Assembly: GCA_963843145.1 (NCBI GenBank)
Contig: CAWJJC010000008.1
Location: forward strand, 1 to 64,000
Source: an uncultured delta proteobacterium
GTDB taxonomy: Bacteria > Desulfobacterota > RBG-13-43-22
Direction of reading: 5' to 3'
Length of the DNA stretch: 64,000 nt
The position numbers were made by a program, and so were the translations under genes. This document shows, piece by piece, positions 34,162-46,300 of the stretch; position 1 is the stretch's first letter, and each line of letters begins with the position of its first letter. The notes under the pieces were generated by a model that did no database searches, had not been told where the DNA came from, and was given only the letters and a program-made list of their open reading frames with translations.

Positions 34162-35937
34162 GTGAGTGGCGCAGGGGAGCTTCCCCCCTGCGCTCTCTCA
34201 GAACCGGACTTGAACCTCTCGACTCATCCGGCTCCCATCATCCAGCCGTTGGTTTCAATCCCCATTGCCAGTGCGGAAACAGCTCAGGTTGCCTATGGGC
34301 TATTCGCCCCAGCCAGTATACCGCCTTGGTCAGATGGCGTCTCAACCTTTTAAATTTCCTCATCGCCCATTTGACCAAAATATGGTTCAAATGACGTAAA
34401 GCGGGGTAGAGCGCTGATTTGTAAAAGCTCCCGTAGTAGTTTATCCATCCCCGGATGATGGGGCTGAATATTCTGGACAGGTCTTCCAGGGAAAAATCAC
34501 TTTTCAAATGGAGATTCCAACGCCGGCTCTTTCGTCTCATTTCTTTACTGGCCGTGTTGCTTACGGCCGGACCAAAGTTGACGAAGAAATCCCCCCGGTG
34601 ACTCTTGGCGAGTCGCGGCCGAAAAGTGAAGCCCAGAAAATCAAAACTGGTGACTGGATGATTTCCTCGGCGATTGCTGTCTTGACAGTACGCGATCCGG
34701 GTCTTTTCCGGGTGCAGTTCCAACTGACATTCCCGAAATCTGGAGGTCAGCTCTTCCTTCAATGCCAGGGCTTCTGACTCCGTTCGACAGTGAACAATCC
34801 CATCATCGGCATACCGGCAAAAGGGCATCTCCGGATGGTTCCGCTTCATCCAGGCATCGAACACATAATGCAGAAAGAGATTGGCTAACACCGGGCTGAT
34901 TACTCCACCCTGCGGCGTTCCTTTCCCTCGCTCCATTAAGGTGCCATCCTCCTGCTGAAACAGGGCCTTCAGCCACCTCTCCACATACAAGAGGATCCAC
35001 TGGCTGACCGTATGCTTCTTCACCGCTCGCATCAGAAGTTCATGGTCAATGTTGTCAAACAGACCCCGAATATCGAATTCCAGCACCCAGTTATAACGCC
35101 AACAACGCTTCCGCGTTATCGCTACGGCCTGCAGGGCCGATTTGCCGGGCCGGTATCCATAAGAGTCGTCATGAAAATGTGGCTCTACCCCGGGTTCGAA
35201 ATACAGCTTGACCACCATTTGGGCCACGCGATCGGCCACGGTGGGAATGCCGAGAATCCGCTTCCCGATGCCATCCGATTCCAGATCTTGTAGAGGTTGT
35301 TCTTCAGATTCCTCTCAAAAACCGTTATCGACTCTCGGTCTACCCCGGCCGCTCCCTGGTTCGCTTTTACCTGCTTCCACGCCTTTACCACTACCCACTT
35401 GGAAATCTCATACGGCTTCGCCTTCGACACCGGTTCCTCCCATTATCTGGTTGACCTCTGAGTCCGGCTGGATAATCCACCCCCTTCGCTCCAGGCCCAT
35501 TACGGCCCTTCATCGCTACTACGGAGTGGTCCGCCCCTGTGTTCCGCTTCGGTACTCTCATTCTTGTGGGTCCTCCACTTGAATTTCTCCCTTATCATCG
35601 GAACGACAGGTTCCCACGTTGCCCATGAAAGCCTGAATCAAGTTCACGCCGCCTCCATACCGGATGCCATTCAGCCTGTAAACAGGTACCATCTGAACTT
35701 ATCCCGAGACAGTGAAACCCCTCGGTTTTGACATCGCCTTTTAGTTTTCGACACGTGATCAGCGGTTCACTCTTGTTCGTCTCCTTGATTCTTACCTGAC
35801 AAGGTCTCGCCCTGCCTTTTCCTTAACGCTCACCACAAGGGCTCTTTACCCCTGCAGCTTAAGGTGGTTTGGAGCCTGTTCCTGTAAACCGACTCCGAGG
35901 GGCCTACCCTCATCTTTCACGCGCCTTCGTGGCGCAC
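34162..35937 (-). mobile_element. Group II intron, bacterial class D (RmInt1-like)
   Basis: 5' GTGCG at 35937; domain V GAGCCGGATGAG..GTCCGGTTC and domain VI ending ACTCAC at 34162; EBS1/EBS2 pair with 5' exon. Confidence 0.92.
34238..35430 (-). pseudogene. ltrA: Intron-encoded RT/maturase without endonuclease domain; internal deletion and frameshift near 35260
   Basis: GAAGVD, SYGYRPG, GTPQGG, YADD, RGWINYY; conserved YFPPPV..IPK block missing. Confidence 0.88.
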
Positions 35938-36089
35938 ATTCACCTACTAATCATTTTCGGCGACATGTGCTTGAATCAGCAATTACCATTCGAAAGCGGT
36001 TCCCGGCCTATTATCCTCGGCCCTTCCCATCCTGGTCGCTACACCCCCTCCATAACCGCTTTAGCCAACTTCACCCTATCCTCTATCAA

Positions 36090-36801
36090 TCAAAGGTATT
36101 TCCCGCGGTCCTCCAGGAACGACTTATACACCCGGTAATAATCCGTTTCCTCATAGGGTATGGGGGCAATCCTATCGCCGTCGAAGGAGTAGATGACCGC
36201 CTCCGGGCAGGAAAGCAGGATCGGGGAATGGCTGACCACAATAAACTGGGCGTGGCCTTCCCGGGCCATCTGCCGGAGAAGCGCTAAGAAGGCGATCTGG
36301 GTTCGCGGGGAAAGGGCCGTTTCCGGTTCGTCCAGGAAGTAAATCCCTTCCCGCAGGTAGCGCGCCCGGGCATAGCCCAGGATGGCTTGGCCATGGGACT
36401 GAGACAACAGGGACTCCCCCCCGAAGTAATCCAGGAGTCGGGGATCCGCCGTGGCCCAGTCATCGATGCATTGGGTGTGGTATTGAAAATTTTCCGCCGA
36501 GAAAAAGGCCCCGGGCTTAACGCCGTTTTTCCAGCTTACTTCGATATATTTATAGAGGGACTTCAAATACGGGTTGCGGTCTACCCGGCGTTTTTGAATG
36601 TCTTCCCAGATATGGACGCCGCAGCGTCGGGTGATGGCTTTAAGCAGGGTGGACTTCCCCGTTCCGTTTTCTCCGGCGAAGAAGGTTATATTCGTGGGGA
36701 AGTCAATCACCGCGGTTCTTTGGAAAGCGGTCAGGTTAAAAGGGTACAATTCTTGAACCGGGTAGCGTTCAGGGTGGAGTAGTCACTTTTTCAATATGCA
36801 T
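36090..36801 (-). CDS. Predicted ABC-type AAA ATPase, frameshift near the 5' end
   Basis: GENGTGKS, QSHGQ, LDEPETALSP, SHSPILL; MHIEKV start at 36801 in another frame. Confidence 0.8.
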
Positions 36802-36815
36802 GCCCTAATCGCTCC

Positions 36816-38219
36816 TTAGAAAATTTCTGCCGAGAAAATCTGGATTTTAGTCTGCTTATCCTTCCAGGCATCCCGGGGAAGACCGGCCTTGAGGCAGGTA
36901 TGCTCCAAAAAGGTCTGGCGATCCCAATGGTATTCGGTGGCTACCTGGGGAAGCAGCAGGCCGGAATAGCCCCCCCTTTCAATGAACAGACCATGCCGGC
37001 CGACCTCGATTTCCTGGATGTCCTGAATGGGACGAAAAGGGGTCAACACGGAGATTTCGATATCCAGGTCCTCCAACTCATTTTTGGCCAGAGGGGGGAA
37101 CCGGGGGTCCTGAAAGGCGGCGGCCTGGGCCATTTCCATGATGGTTTGGCTTAAGGGTTTAAAGGCCTGGGTGTAACCGATGCAGCCCCGGAGCTGACCA
37201 TTCCGCTTTAAGGTCACAAAGGCCCCCCGCTTCTCTTTGAGTTTCCGGGTCTCCCCTTCGAGCGACGGCCAGGGTTTGCCGGTCAATTGGTGTTCAATTG
37301 CCTCGCGGGCGCTTCTAAGAAGAAAAGCTCTTTCCTCCGGCGAATAACCCTCCGGTTCCTCTTTTACCGGCTTTCTTTTCCCCGGGTTTTCCCGGCGAAA
37401 GAAAGCCGCGGCCAGATAGCCCACGACCCCGGATCGGTCGCCGGTCACGTCGCCGGAATTGGCATAATAGAGGACTTTGGATTCGGTGGCCCCTAAAAGC
37501 CTGGCGGTTTTCATCACCGTGACTATAGGTCCTCCCCCACAGGCTTCCACCCGGTCGCCCTTCAGATCCTGCATCAAACCCGTCTCGTCAAAGGCGGCCA
37601 CGCGATCCAGCACTTTTTTATCCAAATTTTTGGCCTGGTCATAGGCATGGAAATGGGACAGGTCGCTGCTGGCCAGTAGCAGGACTTTTCTTCCTTTCAA
37701 AACTTGAGCCAGGGCCCGGGCCATTTCCTCCGAAGTCTCTTCGTCCTGGGAGCCCTGGATGATGGCCGTTAAAGAAAATTCCTGGAGCGTCTCCTGGAGG
37801 AAAGGAAGCTGGATCTCCAAGGCATGCTCCTGGGCATGCCCCTCGGGAACATAACTGAAGACAGTGCTCTTCTCCATCAATTCCCGGGAGAGGGCTTGAT
37901 CGACGGAGACAACGCCCAGCGGGGTTTCGTATCCGGTTTTCTGATCGATGGAAGCCCCGCGAAAAGCATGTCGGTGACTGGGGGCCACAATCACTACCTG
38001 CTCAAAGGATTGGGTAGTCAGGAGTCTGTACGCGTGGGCCGCGACCCCTCCGGAGTACTGATATCCGGCGTGAGGGGATATCAAGGCCACCAATTCCCCG
38101 GCGGGGGAAGTGGATTCCGGCACCGCCTTTAAAAATCCTTGGATTTGAGAACGCAGACTGTCCGGGCGGCCGGGGTACCAGCTCCCGGCAATAATGGATT
38201 TTCGAATATCTTCTTTCAT
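36816..38219 (-). CDS. amrB: AmmeMemoRadiSam protein B (Memo) + protein A (AMMECR1) fusion
   Basis: AGSWYP, PHAGY, EHALE, SSDLSH, ACG; then GAFVTL, LRGCIG, DPRF, LLPQV. Confidence 0.9.
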   Translation of the reverse strand: MKEDIRKSIIAGSWYPGRPDSLRSQIQGFLKAVPESTSPAGELVALISPHAGYQYSGGVAAHAYRLLTTQSFEQVVIVAPSHRHAFRGASIDQKTGYETPLGVVSVDQALSRELMEKSTVFSYVPEGHAQEHALEIQLPFLQETLQEFSLTAIIQGSQDEETSEEMARALAQVLKGRKVLLLASSDLSHFHAYDQAKNLDKKVLDRVAAFDETGLMQDLKGDRVEACGGGPIVTVMKTARLLGATESKVLYYANSGDVTGDRSGVVGYLAAAFFRRENPGKRKPVKEEPEGYSPEERAFLLRSAREAIEHQLTGKPWPSLEGETRKLKEKRGAFVTLKRNGQLRGCIGYTQAFKPLSQTIMEMAQAAAFQDPRFPPLAKNELEDLDIEISVLTPFRPIQDIQEIEVGRHGLFIERGGYSGLLLPQVATEYHWDRQTFLEHTCLKAGLPRDAWKDKQTKIQIFSAEIF

Positions 38220-38325
38220 GATTATCCTCCTGGTGGATGGTACGGTGGAAGGGTTCTCTCCCGGGTAGGTCAGAGGGCCTCCGAAGACCGGAACCCCAGC
38301 AGAGCAACCATCAACCTAATGGTTT

Positions 38326-38697
38326 TCATTCCCAATGCCCGCGGACCCAGGCCCCTTCCGCTGTAGAATACCCAGGAACCCAGCGTGTCGGATGGCCTTT
38401 CTTTCTCTCCAAGCGCCCCGGCACCCAGCGGTTCCCCTGCCAGTGCCCCGGAACCAGGACCGTTCCCCGTACCGGTCCCGGAAGCGGCACCGGGGGTGTC
38501 AGGATGGGGGGTCCGGGGAAAAGGGACCGGGCGCCGTTCTTCAGGGGATAGGCCTTCTTTTTCGAGGGTGACGGCAATACCGGTCTTCCCAGAGGGCCGG
38601 GCGGCTGAACGTTATTTTCAGCGGAACCGAAAACGGCCAGTCCCCCGATCAACAGCCCGCCGATCACAATGAATAAAAGGCCTCTTCCCCTGTCCAT
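38326..38697 (-). CDS. Pro-rich exported protein with WVPG/GHW (YXWGXW-like) repeats
   Basis: N-terminal hydrophobic segment; VPGHW, WVPG x2, WVRGHW. Confidence 0.6.
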   Translation of the reverse strand: MDRGRGLLFIVIGGLLIGGLAVFGSAENNVQPPGPLGRPVLPSPSKKKAYPLKNGARSLFPGPPILTPPVPLPGPVRGTVLVPGHWQGNRWVPGRLERKKGHPTRWVPGYSTAEGAWVRGHWE

Positions 38698-38802
38698 GGT
38701 TCATCACCCGCGATAGTTACGGAGGACGGCAGCCCTGAATACCGTTCGAACCGCGATATGTTCAGTATAACACGATCAGGATTCAAGATGAAGATCTACC
38801 GA

Positions 38803-41328
38803 TCAAAACATTTCTCCTTCGGTTGATTTCTTTATCCGCTTTTTATCATACATGAGCCGGTCGGCCTGGCTGATCAATTCTTCGATGGATACCGTCCGAC
38901 CCGGCTGGTGGCGGACCACCCCTTGGCTCAGCGACAAACGGTAAGGCCTCCGGCGTTTTTGGTTGAAGGCGGTCAAGGTGTTTTGCAGCCGGGAACTCAG
39001 AATATCGGCGTTGGCCAAGGAAGATCCTTCCATCGCCAGAACAACGAATTCATCCCCGCCCATCCGGGCCAGGATATCCGGCTCCCGGAAAGTGTCCTTC
39101 ATGATCTGGGCCATATCCTTCAAGGCCTGATCGCCCGTCGAGTGCCCCTGGGTGTCGTTGATCTGTTTCAAGTCGTCCAAATCGGCAAAAAGGAGGAACA
39201 GCCCCCGGTGCATGCGGTCGACCATCTTTAACTGCTGGCGGGCCAGGGTCAGAAAGCCGCGGCGGTTGTACAATCCGGTCAGTTCATCGATCAGGGAAAG
39301 GGCCCGCAATTCCTCCTGAGCCCTTTTTTGTTCGGTAATGTCCCGCTCCATGACGAATAGATGGGACTGATTTTCAATATAAAACTGGCTTAGAGAAACG
39401 TCCACATAGAAACGCCGTCCGTCCAGGGCCTGATGGACCCACTCGAACCGCTGCGGCCCCAGTTGAATGGATTTACCCACCATTTCGGTCCCCTTTTCTG
39501 CCGAGCGCCGGCCGTCGGGTTGAAACTCGGGAGAAAAGCGAAAAGGGGTGCTGCCCAAAATCTCCTGGCGGCCGCAGCCCAGGAGGCGCTCGGCCCCCGG
39601 ATTGCAGTCCACGAATATCATCCCCTTCATGACCAGGATGCCCTCCTGGGCCGTCTCAAACAAAATCCGATAACGCCGTTCGCTTTCACGGGTGGCCTCT
39701 TCCATACGTCTGCGTTCGGTGATATCCCGGATAATCATCTGCAGGTAGGTTTCTTGGCCGACGAAGACCCGATTCAGGCTAACCTCCGCCGCAAAGGGTG
39801 TTCCGTTGACCCGGCGGTATTCCCATTCAAAAAACTGGGGCACGCCTTCGAGGGCAGCCTGAATCTTTCCCCGGAGCGCTTCGGTGGAAGGACGGCCGTC
39901 AGGCTGCTCCGCTGGAGAAAGGTCCACGGGCGTCTTCCCGATAATCTGTGCCCGGCCGGCATTGAACATGACCAGGGTCTCCGTATTGCAATCTACCAGC
40001 CGCCCTCCTTCTATCAAACAGATAGCATCGTGGGCCGACTCAAAGAGATTGCGGTATTTGGCCTCGCTCTCCTTCAGGGCTTCTTCGGAACGCTTGCGTT
40101 CGGAAATATCCCGTAAAAAAGCCAGGGAGATTTCCGCACCCTGATAAACGATCCGGCTGGCGGAAACCTCCACTTGAAGGGTCTGTCCATCCCGGCGGAT
40201 TCCCTGAAACTCATAGCTGGCCGGCGCCGGCTCCCCTTGCTGACGCCGGCGGATTATTTCGATCACCCGATCCCGATCCTGGGGATGAACCACTTGAGAA
40301 GCCGGTTGACCCAATAGTTCCTCCGGACGCGTATACCCGAATATATCCAACATTTTCTGATTGACAAAAATATGGACCCCGTCCTGGACCATGGTAATCC
40401 CGTCATTGGACAACTCTACCACCTTTCGGTACTTTTCCTCGGATTCCAGCAGCGCCTCTTCGGCCTGTTTTTTTTCCGTTACATCCCGCGTCGTTCCCTT
40501 GAATCCGGTCGTCATTCCTTCCGCAGTTATTATGGGAAAAGTTGAAAACTCGAGAAACCGCTCGGTTCCATCTTGACGAAACGTTCTCACCTCTATGGCT
40601 TTGGTCGGCCGGCCGGTCTCGAAAACCGTATGGAAGATCTGATAAACCCTGTCGGCCGTTTCCGGGCTGGTAAATTGCCGAAAATTCATCCCGCTCAATT
40701 CCTGGGGTCCGTAGCCCAGAATCCTCGCAAAGGCATCATTGCAGAAAACATAATTGCCGTTCAAGTCCACTTCGTAATAGCCGTCTTCGACATTCTCCAG
40801 AAGGGTCCGATACCGCTCCTCGGATTCCTGCAGGACCTTTTCCGCTTTTTTATTTTCGGTAACATCTCGGAAACTCCAAACCCGGCCAATGACCTCGTTC
40901 CCAATACGGTGCGCTTGGGAATATCGCTCAAAAACCCGCCCGTCCTTAAATTCCAACAGGTCATAACTTTCGGCCTCCGGGTTGTTGTACAGTTCCCGGA
41001 CTCTTTGAAGAAAATCCTCCGGATCCTTCAGTTGCCTCAATACATAGTCCAGCGCCGCTTGGTCATCCCGGGAGGATAAAATATCCTCCGGAATTCGCCA
41101 CAGCTCAGCAAATCGACGGTTGGATAAAACGGTCCTCCCGCCCTGGTCCACCACCAGGATACCGTCGGCGGTTGATTCCAGGGTGGCATTGAGCAGGGAA
41201 ATGGTTGTTTGTCTCTCTACCTCGTTTCGGCGCAGCTCGATCTCCTGGACGGACCTTTGCAGAATTTGTTTTCGTGCTTCGGACAATTCCTCCAGAAGCT
41301 GTGCCTTGGTCTTCCGATCATCCCTCAT
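38803..41328 (-). CDS. Multi-PAS diguanylate cyclase
   Basis: Five PAS/PAC units ending RD(V/I)(T/S)E; [11 protein letters not shown]-site REPD, GGDEF. Confidence 0.92.
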   Translation of the reverse strand: MRDDRKTKAQLLEELSEARKQILQRSVQEIELRRNEVERQTTISLLNATLESTADGILVVDQGGRTVLSNRRFAELWRIPEDILSSRDDQAALDYVLRQLKDPEDFLQRVRELYNNPEAESYDLLEFKDGRVFERYSQAHRIGNEVIGRVWSFRDVTENKKAEKVLQESEERYRTLLENVEDGYYEVDLNGNYVFCNDAFARILGYGPQELSGMNFRQFTSPETADRVYQIFHTVFETGRPTKAIEVRTFRQDGTERFLEFSTFPIITAEGMTTGFKGTTRDVTEKKQAEEALLESEEKYRKVVELSNDGITMVQDGVHIFVNQKMLDIFGYTRPEELLGQPASQVVHPQDRDRVIEIIRRRQQGEPAPASYEFQGIRRDGQTLQVEVSASRIVYQGAEISLAFLRDISERKRSEEALKESEAKYRNLFESAHDAICLIEGGRLVDCNTETLVMFNAGRAQIIGKTPVDLSPAEQPDGRPSTEALRGKIQAALEGVPQFFEWEYRRVNGTPFAAEVSLNRVFVGQETYLQMIIRDITERRRMEEATRESERRYRILFETAQEGILVMKGMIFVDCNPGAERLLGCGRQEILGSTPFRFSPEFQPDGRRSAEKGTEMVGKSIQLGPQRFEWVHQALDGRRFYVDVSLSQFYIENQSHLFVMERDITEQKRAQEELRALSLIDELTGLYNRRGFLTLARQQLKMVDRMHRGLFLLFADLDDLKQINDTQGHSTGDQALKDMAQIMKDTFREPDILARMGGDEFVVLAMEGSSLANADILSSRLQNTLTAFNQKRRRPYRLSLSQGVVRHQPGRTVSIEELISQADRLMYDKKRIKKSTEGEMF

Positions 41329-41505
41329 AGCCGCGATCTCCTTCCAGGCCCTTTCCACATCCTGTCCTCCAACGGTTCTCTTGGACCGACAATAGCATAA
41401 CCTTCGGATAAGGCAAGTCTTTTGCGGACCGATGGCCTTTTGTCCGATCAGGGGGGGGAATCTTCCCTTCCATTTTTTTGTTGACATCCTTCTTTCCGAA
41501 CCTTA

Positions 41506-41525
41506 TATACCTACCGGTAAGTATA
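41506..41525. promoter_or_regulatory. Palindromic operator, likely TetR site, downstream of TTGACA (41481)
   Basis: TATACCTACC/GGTAAGTATA, one mismatch, directly upstream of tetR-RND operon. Confidence 0.65.
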
Positions 41526-41563
41526 CCTAGACCCTAGCCAAAAATATTTGAACGGAATCCTCC

Positions 41564-42190
41564 TTGTTGCTTTCCACTCCCCCGACACCTCTCGACCGTC
41601 AAGTCCGGGAACGGCTGCTGACCAGCGCCGCCCGGATTTTCGCGCGCAAAGGGTATGCCGCGACCACCGTCCGGGAAATCGTAACCGAGGCCGGGGTGAC
41701 CAAACCAGTCCTTTATTATTATTTTCGGAATAAAGAGGGTCTCTATACCGAGATCCTGCATACCGCCTCGGTCCGCTACGGCCTGCTCTTGGATGGGGCC
41801 CGGCAAAAAAAAGGGGGGGCCGTCAAACGGTTGTTGGACTTGGCGGACCAAATTTTAGCCCTGTTCATGGAGCAGATCGAGGTCGCCCGACTGGCTTACT
41901 CGCTTTACTACGGTCCCCCTCAAGGGGCCCCTGCTTTTGATTTTGACGCCTATCATCTGAAATTTCACGGCCTGGTTACGGAACTGGTCCAATTCGGCTT
42001 CAAGAACCGGGAATTCGGGCGGGGCCGAGTGGAGGACATCACCTGGATGATATTGGGGGCCGTCAATGTAGCCCTGGAAACACAGTTGTCCCACCCGGAT
42101 CTGGATTTCGGCCGTGAGGGGTTGGGCCGGATATTGAAGCTTTTTTTTGACGGCCTCAAGAATGATGAAGGCCCAAAAGGCTCCCACTAA
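41564..42190 (+). CDS. TetR/AcrR family regulator
   Basis: KGYAATTVREIVTEAGVTKPVLYYYFRNKEGL HTH. Confidence 0.92.
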   Translation: MLLSTPPTPLDRQVRERLLTSAARIFARKGYAATTVREIVTEAGVTKPVLYYYFRNKEGLYTEILHTASVRYGLLLDGARQKKGGAVKRLLDLADQILALFMEQIEVARLAYSLYYGPPQGAPAFDFDAYHLKFHGLVTELVQFGFKNREFGRGRVEDITWMILGAVNVALETQLSHPDLDFGREGLGRILKLFFDGLKNDEGPKGSH

Positions 42191-42209
42191 AATGAAAGGA
42201 TTTCAAGGA

Positions 42210-43373
42210 ATGAAAAAGATCTGGATCGCCGGCATTTTTGGACTGCTGGTCGGCAGTCTCCTGGGCTGCTCCCCGTCCAAATCGACCCAACCTTCGCAAG
42301 GGAAAGCGGCAGTCAAACCCCCGGTAGCCGTCGATGTGGCCAAAGCCCAAACCCGAGATTTGGACGAGGGGGTCGACGTGGTAGGATCGCTGACCCCCAA
42401 GAACGAGAGCCGGGTGAAATCAGAGTATGCCGGGATCGTGACCGAGGTCTATGTTACCGAATGGGTCAGGGTCAAACGGGGCCAGCCTCTGGCCAGACTG
42501 GATACCCGGGAAGCCGACGCCGTGTTGCAGAAGGCCCAGGCCGCCGTGGAAGCCGCCCGGGCCAATGTCCTGCAGGCTGAAGTGGGCGGGAACCGGGCCG
42601 ATCGGGAGGCGGAACGCGCGCGGAATTTGAAAGAATCCGGGCTGATCACCCAGCAGAATTTGGACGATGCCCGGACCGAAAAAGCCGCCGCTCAGGCCCG
42701 AGTAGCGGCCGCCAAAGCCCAGCTCCTGGCCGCCGAAAAGGAACTAAACCAGATCCGGACCCGCCTGGCCAAGGCCGTCCTACACGCTCCCCTGGACGGG
42801 GTGGTCGCCCAGCGGGATATCAACGTGGGCGACCTGGTCGGGGAGGCGGGTTCCACCCGGATCTTGTTTCGTATCGTGGACAACCGGCTCCTGGATTTGA
42901 CCGTTACCGTCCCCTCGAGCGAGATGGCTAAAATCCGAGTCGGCCAGCCTTTGACCTTCACCACCGACGCCCTGCCCGGCCAACACTTTACCGGCCGGGT
43001 GAAATTCATCAACCCGGCGGTCAATGAAATGGACCGGTCGATCAAGGTTATCGCCGAAATCCGGAACGAACCGGAGGTCCTCAAATCCGGACTATTTATA
43101 AAGGGACGAATTGTGACCGGCCGCCGGAGCAATGTCCTGGAAATTCCCCGGTCGGCCCTTTTGGATTGGGACGTAAAGGCCCGTCAAGGCGATATCTGGG
43201 TGGTGGTGCAGGGACAAGCCCAACGACGGAGGGTGCAAACCGGTGGTCTCGATCGGGACTGGGTGGAGGTCGATTCAGGCCTCGCGGCCGGAGATCAAGT
43301 CATCACCCGGGGCGGGTTTAATGTGCAGAATGGCGATCGGGTAATAACAAACGAGACGGCGGCGGGGAAGTAA
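42210..43373 (+). CDS. RND membrane fusion protein
   Basis: Lipobox LLGC, APLDGVV, operon context. Confidence 0.9.
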   Translation: MKKIWIAGIFGLLVGSLLGCSPSKSTQPSQGKAAVKPPVAVDVAKAQTRDLDEGVDVVGSLTPKNESRVKSEYAGIVTEVYVTEWVRVKRGQPLARLDTREADAVLQKAQAAVEAARANVLQAEVGGNRADREAERARNLKESGLITQQNLDDARTEKAAAQARVAAAKAQLLAAEKELNQIRTRLAKAVLHAPLDGVVAQRDINVGDLVGEAGSTRILFRIVDNRLLDLTVTVPSSEMAKIRVGQPLTFTTDALPGQHFTGRVKFINPAVNEMDRSIKVIAEIRNEPEVLKSGLFIKGRIVTGRRSNVLEIPRSALLDWDVKARQGDIWVVVQGQAQRRRVQTGGLDRDWVEVDSGLAAGDQVITRGGFNVQNGDRVITNETAAGK

Positions 43374-43377
43374 AGGC

Positions 43378-46300
43378 ATGTTCCTATCCAATCTATCCAT
43401 CAAACGGCCCATCTTCGCCGCGGTGATGATGCTGGCCCTGGTCACCCTGGGGATATTTTCTTACCGCCGCCTGCCCATCGACATGTATCCGGATGTGGAA
43501 ATTCCGGTTTTGTCCATTGTCACCAAATTCCCCGGGGCCTCGCCGGAAACCGTGGAGCGGGAGGTGACCAAACGGATCGAGGAAGCGGTCAATCCCATCC
43601 CCGGGGTCAAGCATGTCATCTCCGTCTCCCGGGAAAGCGTCTCCCAGGTGGTGGTGGAATTCAACCTGGAGGTCCGGATCAACGAGGCCTCCCAGGAGGC
43701 CCGGGCCAAGGTCAACACCATCCGCGGCGATCTCCCCCAGGCGATTGAAGAACCCATCATCCAGAAGTTGGACGTATCGGCCATCCCCGCCGTCTCGCTG
43801 GCCGTCCGTTCGGAAAAAATGCCTCCCCGGGAACTGACCACCCTGGTGGAAAAAAAGGTCAAGCGCCGCTTCGAGAACCTCAGCGGGGTGGGCAAGGTGG
43901 ATCTGGTCGGGGAAGCCAAACGGGAGGTCAATGTCCTGATCGATCCGATCCGCCTGGAAGCCCTGAAGATGGGCGTGGATGAGGTCGTGGCCGGACTGCA
44001 GGCTGAAAACGTCAACACTCCCCTGGGGCGACTGAACCGCCAGGCCTCCGAATTCACCCTGCGCATCGCCGGCAAACCGGAGGAGGTCGAGGGCTTTAAA
44101 ACCATGGTCATCGGCCAACGCCAGGGAAGGCCGGTCACCCTGGGGGAGGTGGCCGAGATCCGGGATGGTATCGAGGAGCAGCGCTCCCTGGCCCTGGTCA
44201 ACGGCATCCCGGCGGTGTCGATGAACATCCTCAAGCAGTCCGGGGCCAATACGGTGGCCGTGGTGGAGCGGGTCAAAAAAGAAATTACCCGCTTCCAAAA
44301 GGAGTTGCCGCCGGGGACCCGGATCGAGGTGGTCCGCGACGCTTCCACCTTTATCCGGGATTCGGTCAATGATGTGCAAGAGACCATCGTCATCGGGGCC
44401 ATCCTGACCGTCCTGATCGTCTTTTGTTTCCTGAATTCCTGGCGGTCCACGGTCATTACCGGATTGACCCTGCCCATCTCGGTTATCTCCTCCTTCATCG
44501 TCATGAATTTCATGGGCATGACCCTGAATGTCATGACCCTCATGGCCCTCTCCCTGGCTATCGGTCTATTGATCGATGATGCCATCGTCGTTCGGGAAAA
44601 CATCGTCCGTCATCTCGAAAAGGGGGAAGACCACTTCAGCGCCGCCCGGGAAGGAACCAGCGAGATCGGCCTGGCCGTGCTGGCCACCACGCTCTCCGTC
44701 GTAGCCGTCTTCGTTCCGGTGGCCTACATGAAAGGCATTGTGGGCCGGTTCTTTTTCCAGTTCGGGATCACGGTAGCCTTCGCCGTCCTGGTTTCCCTCT
44801 TCGTCTCTTTCACCCTGGACCCGATGCTTTCCTCGCGCTGGTACGATCCGGATATCGAACGCCAGGGGAAAAGAAACGTGATCGCCCGGGGTCTCGACGT
44901 TTTCAATCACTGGTTCGACCGCACCGCCGATCGCTACCGGTTAATGATTGCTTGGACCCTGGACCATCGCCAAACGGCCATCCTCATCACTACCTTGGCC
45001 TTTTTCGGTGGTCTGGCCATCTTTGTCACCCTGCCGAATGAATTTTTTCCCAAATTCGACGCCGGGGAATTCCAGATTAATATGAAAACCGCGCCGGACG
45101 CTTCCCTCGAAGAAACCCGGGGCCGGCTGGCGGCGGTCCTGACCGCCTTCAAGAAAATTCCGGAGATCAAACATACTTACGCCACCATCGGCGCCGGAGA
45201 CACCGGTACGGTCCGGGACGTGGGCCTCTACGTCAAACTGAAGGAAAAAAAGGAGCGTCGCCGCACCCAGGAAGAGGTCCAGGAGGCGGTGCGCAAGGCC
45301 CTCAAGGACATCCCCGGCATCCTGCCTTCCATCCTCGAGGCCGGCCGGATGGATGCCCGCAAGCCCCTGCTGGTGAGCATCCGCGGAGACGATCTCGGCC
45401 TCCTCAAAAAATACGCCGCCGAGTTGAAGCGCAAGATGTACGCCCTTCCCGGGATCGTGGACCTGGAAGTCACCCTGGAGCAGGACATTCCTGAATACCG
45501 ACTGATCGTGGACCGGGAGCGGGCGGTAGACGTGGGGGTCAATACCGGACAGATCGTTCGCACCTTGGGGGCCCTGGTTGGGGGTCAGGCGGTGACCACC
45601 TACGAAGACGAAGACGGCGACGCCGTCAATGTCCGGGTCCGCCTGCCGCTGGCCTTACGGGAAGACGTTTCCCAGATCGAACAACTCGAATTGTCGGTCC
45701 AAAAACCGGGAGTGGGTCCGCTGCTGGTACCCCTGGGGAACCTGGTTCGTTATGAACGGCGGACCACGCCTTCGGAAATCGACCGGCAGGACCTTTCCCG
45801 GGAAGTGGTCATTTCGGCCAACCTGGACAAATTGGCCTTAGGGACCGCCGTCCAACGGGTGAAGCAGGCCGCGACCGACATCAAAATGGCCCCGGGCTAC
45901 CGCATCATCTTCGCCGGTGAAAGCGAACAGATGGAAGAATCCTTCGGTTACATGGCCGAAGCCCTGGTCTTGGCCATCGTTTTCGTCTACCTCATCCTGG
46001 CCGCCCAGTTCGAATCCTTTATCGACCCTCTGGCGATCATGCTCTCCCTGCCTCTTTCCCTGGTGGGCATGGCCGGTATGCTCCTGCTTACCCGGGACAC
46101 GGTAAACATGATGTCCTTGATCGGCCTGATCCTCTTGATGGGGCTGGTTACCAAAAACGCTATCCTTTTGGTGGATTATACCAAGGTGCTGCGATCCCGG
46201 GGCCTGGAACGCCGGGAAGCCATTATCACCGCCGGGCGGACCCGACTGCGCCCGATCATGATGACCACCCTGGCCATGATTTTCGGCATGCTGCCTCTGG

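Noticed and set aside
34238-35430. RT as a DGR or retron enzyme serving the Lcl gene
   Set aside because: It sits inside a complete group II ribozyme with PQGG/YADD and a maturase domain; no TR/VR pair found
38220-38329. Frameshifted signal-peptide extension of AmrB from ATG 38329
   Set aside because: Needs an assumed indel, and a strong AGGAGG precedes ATG 38219
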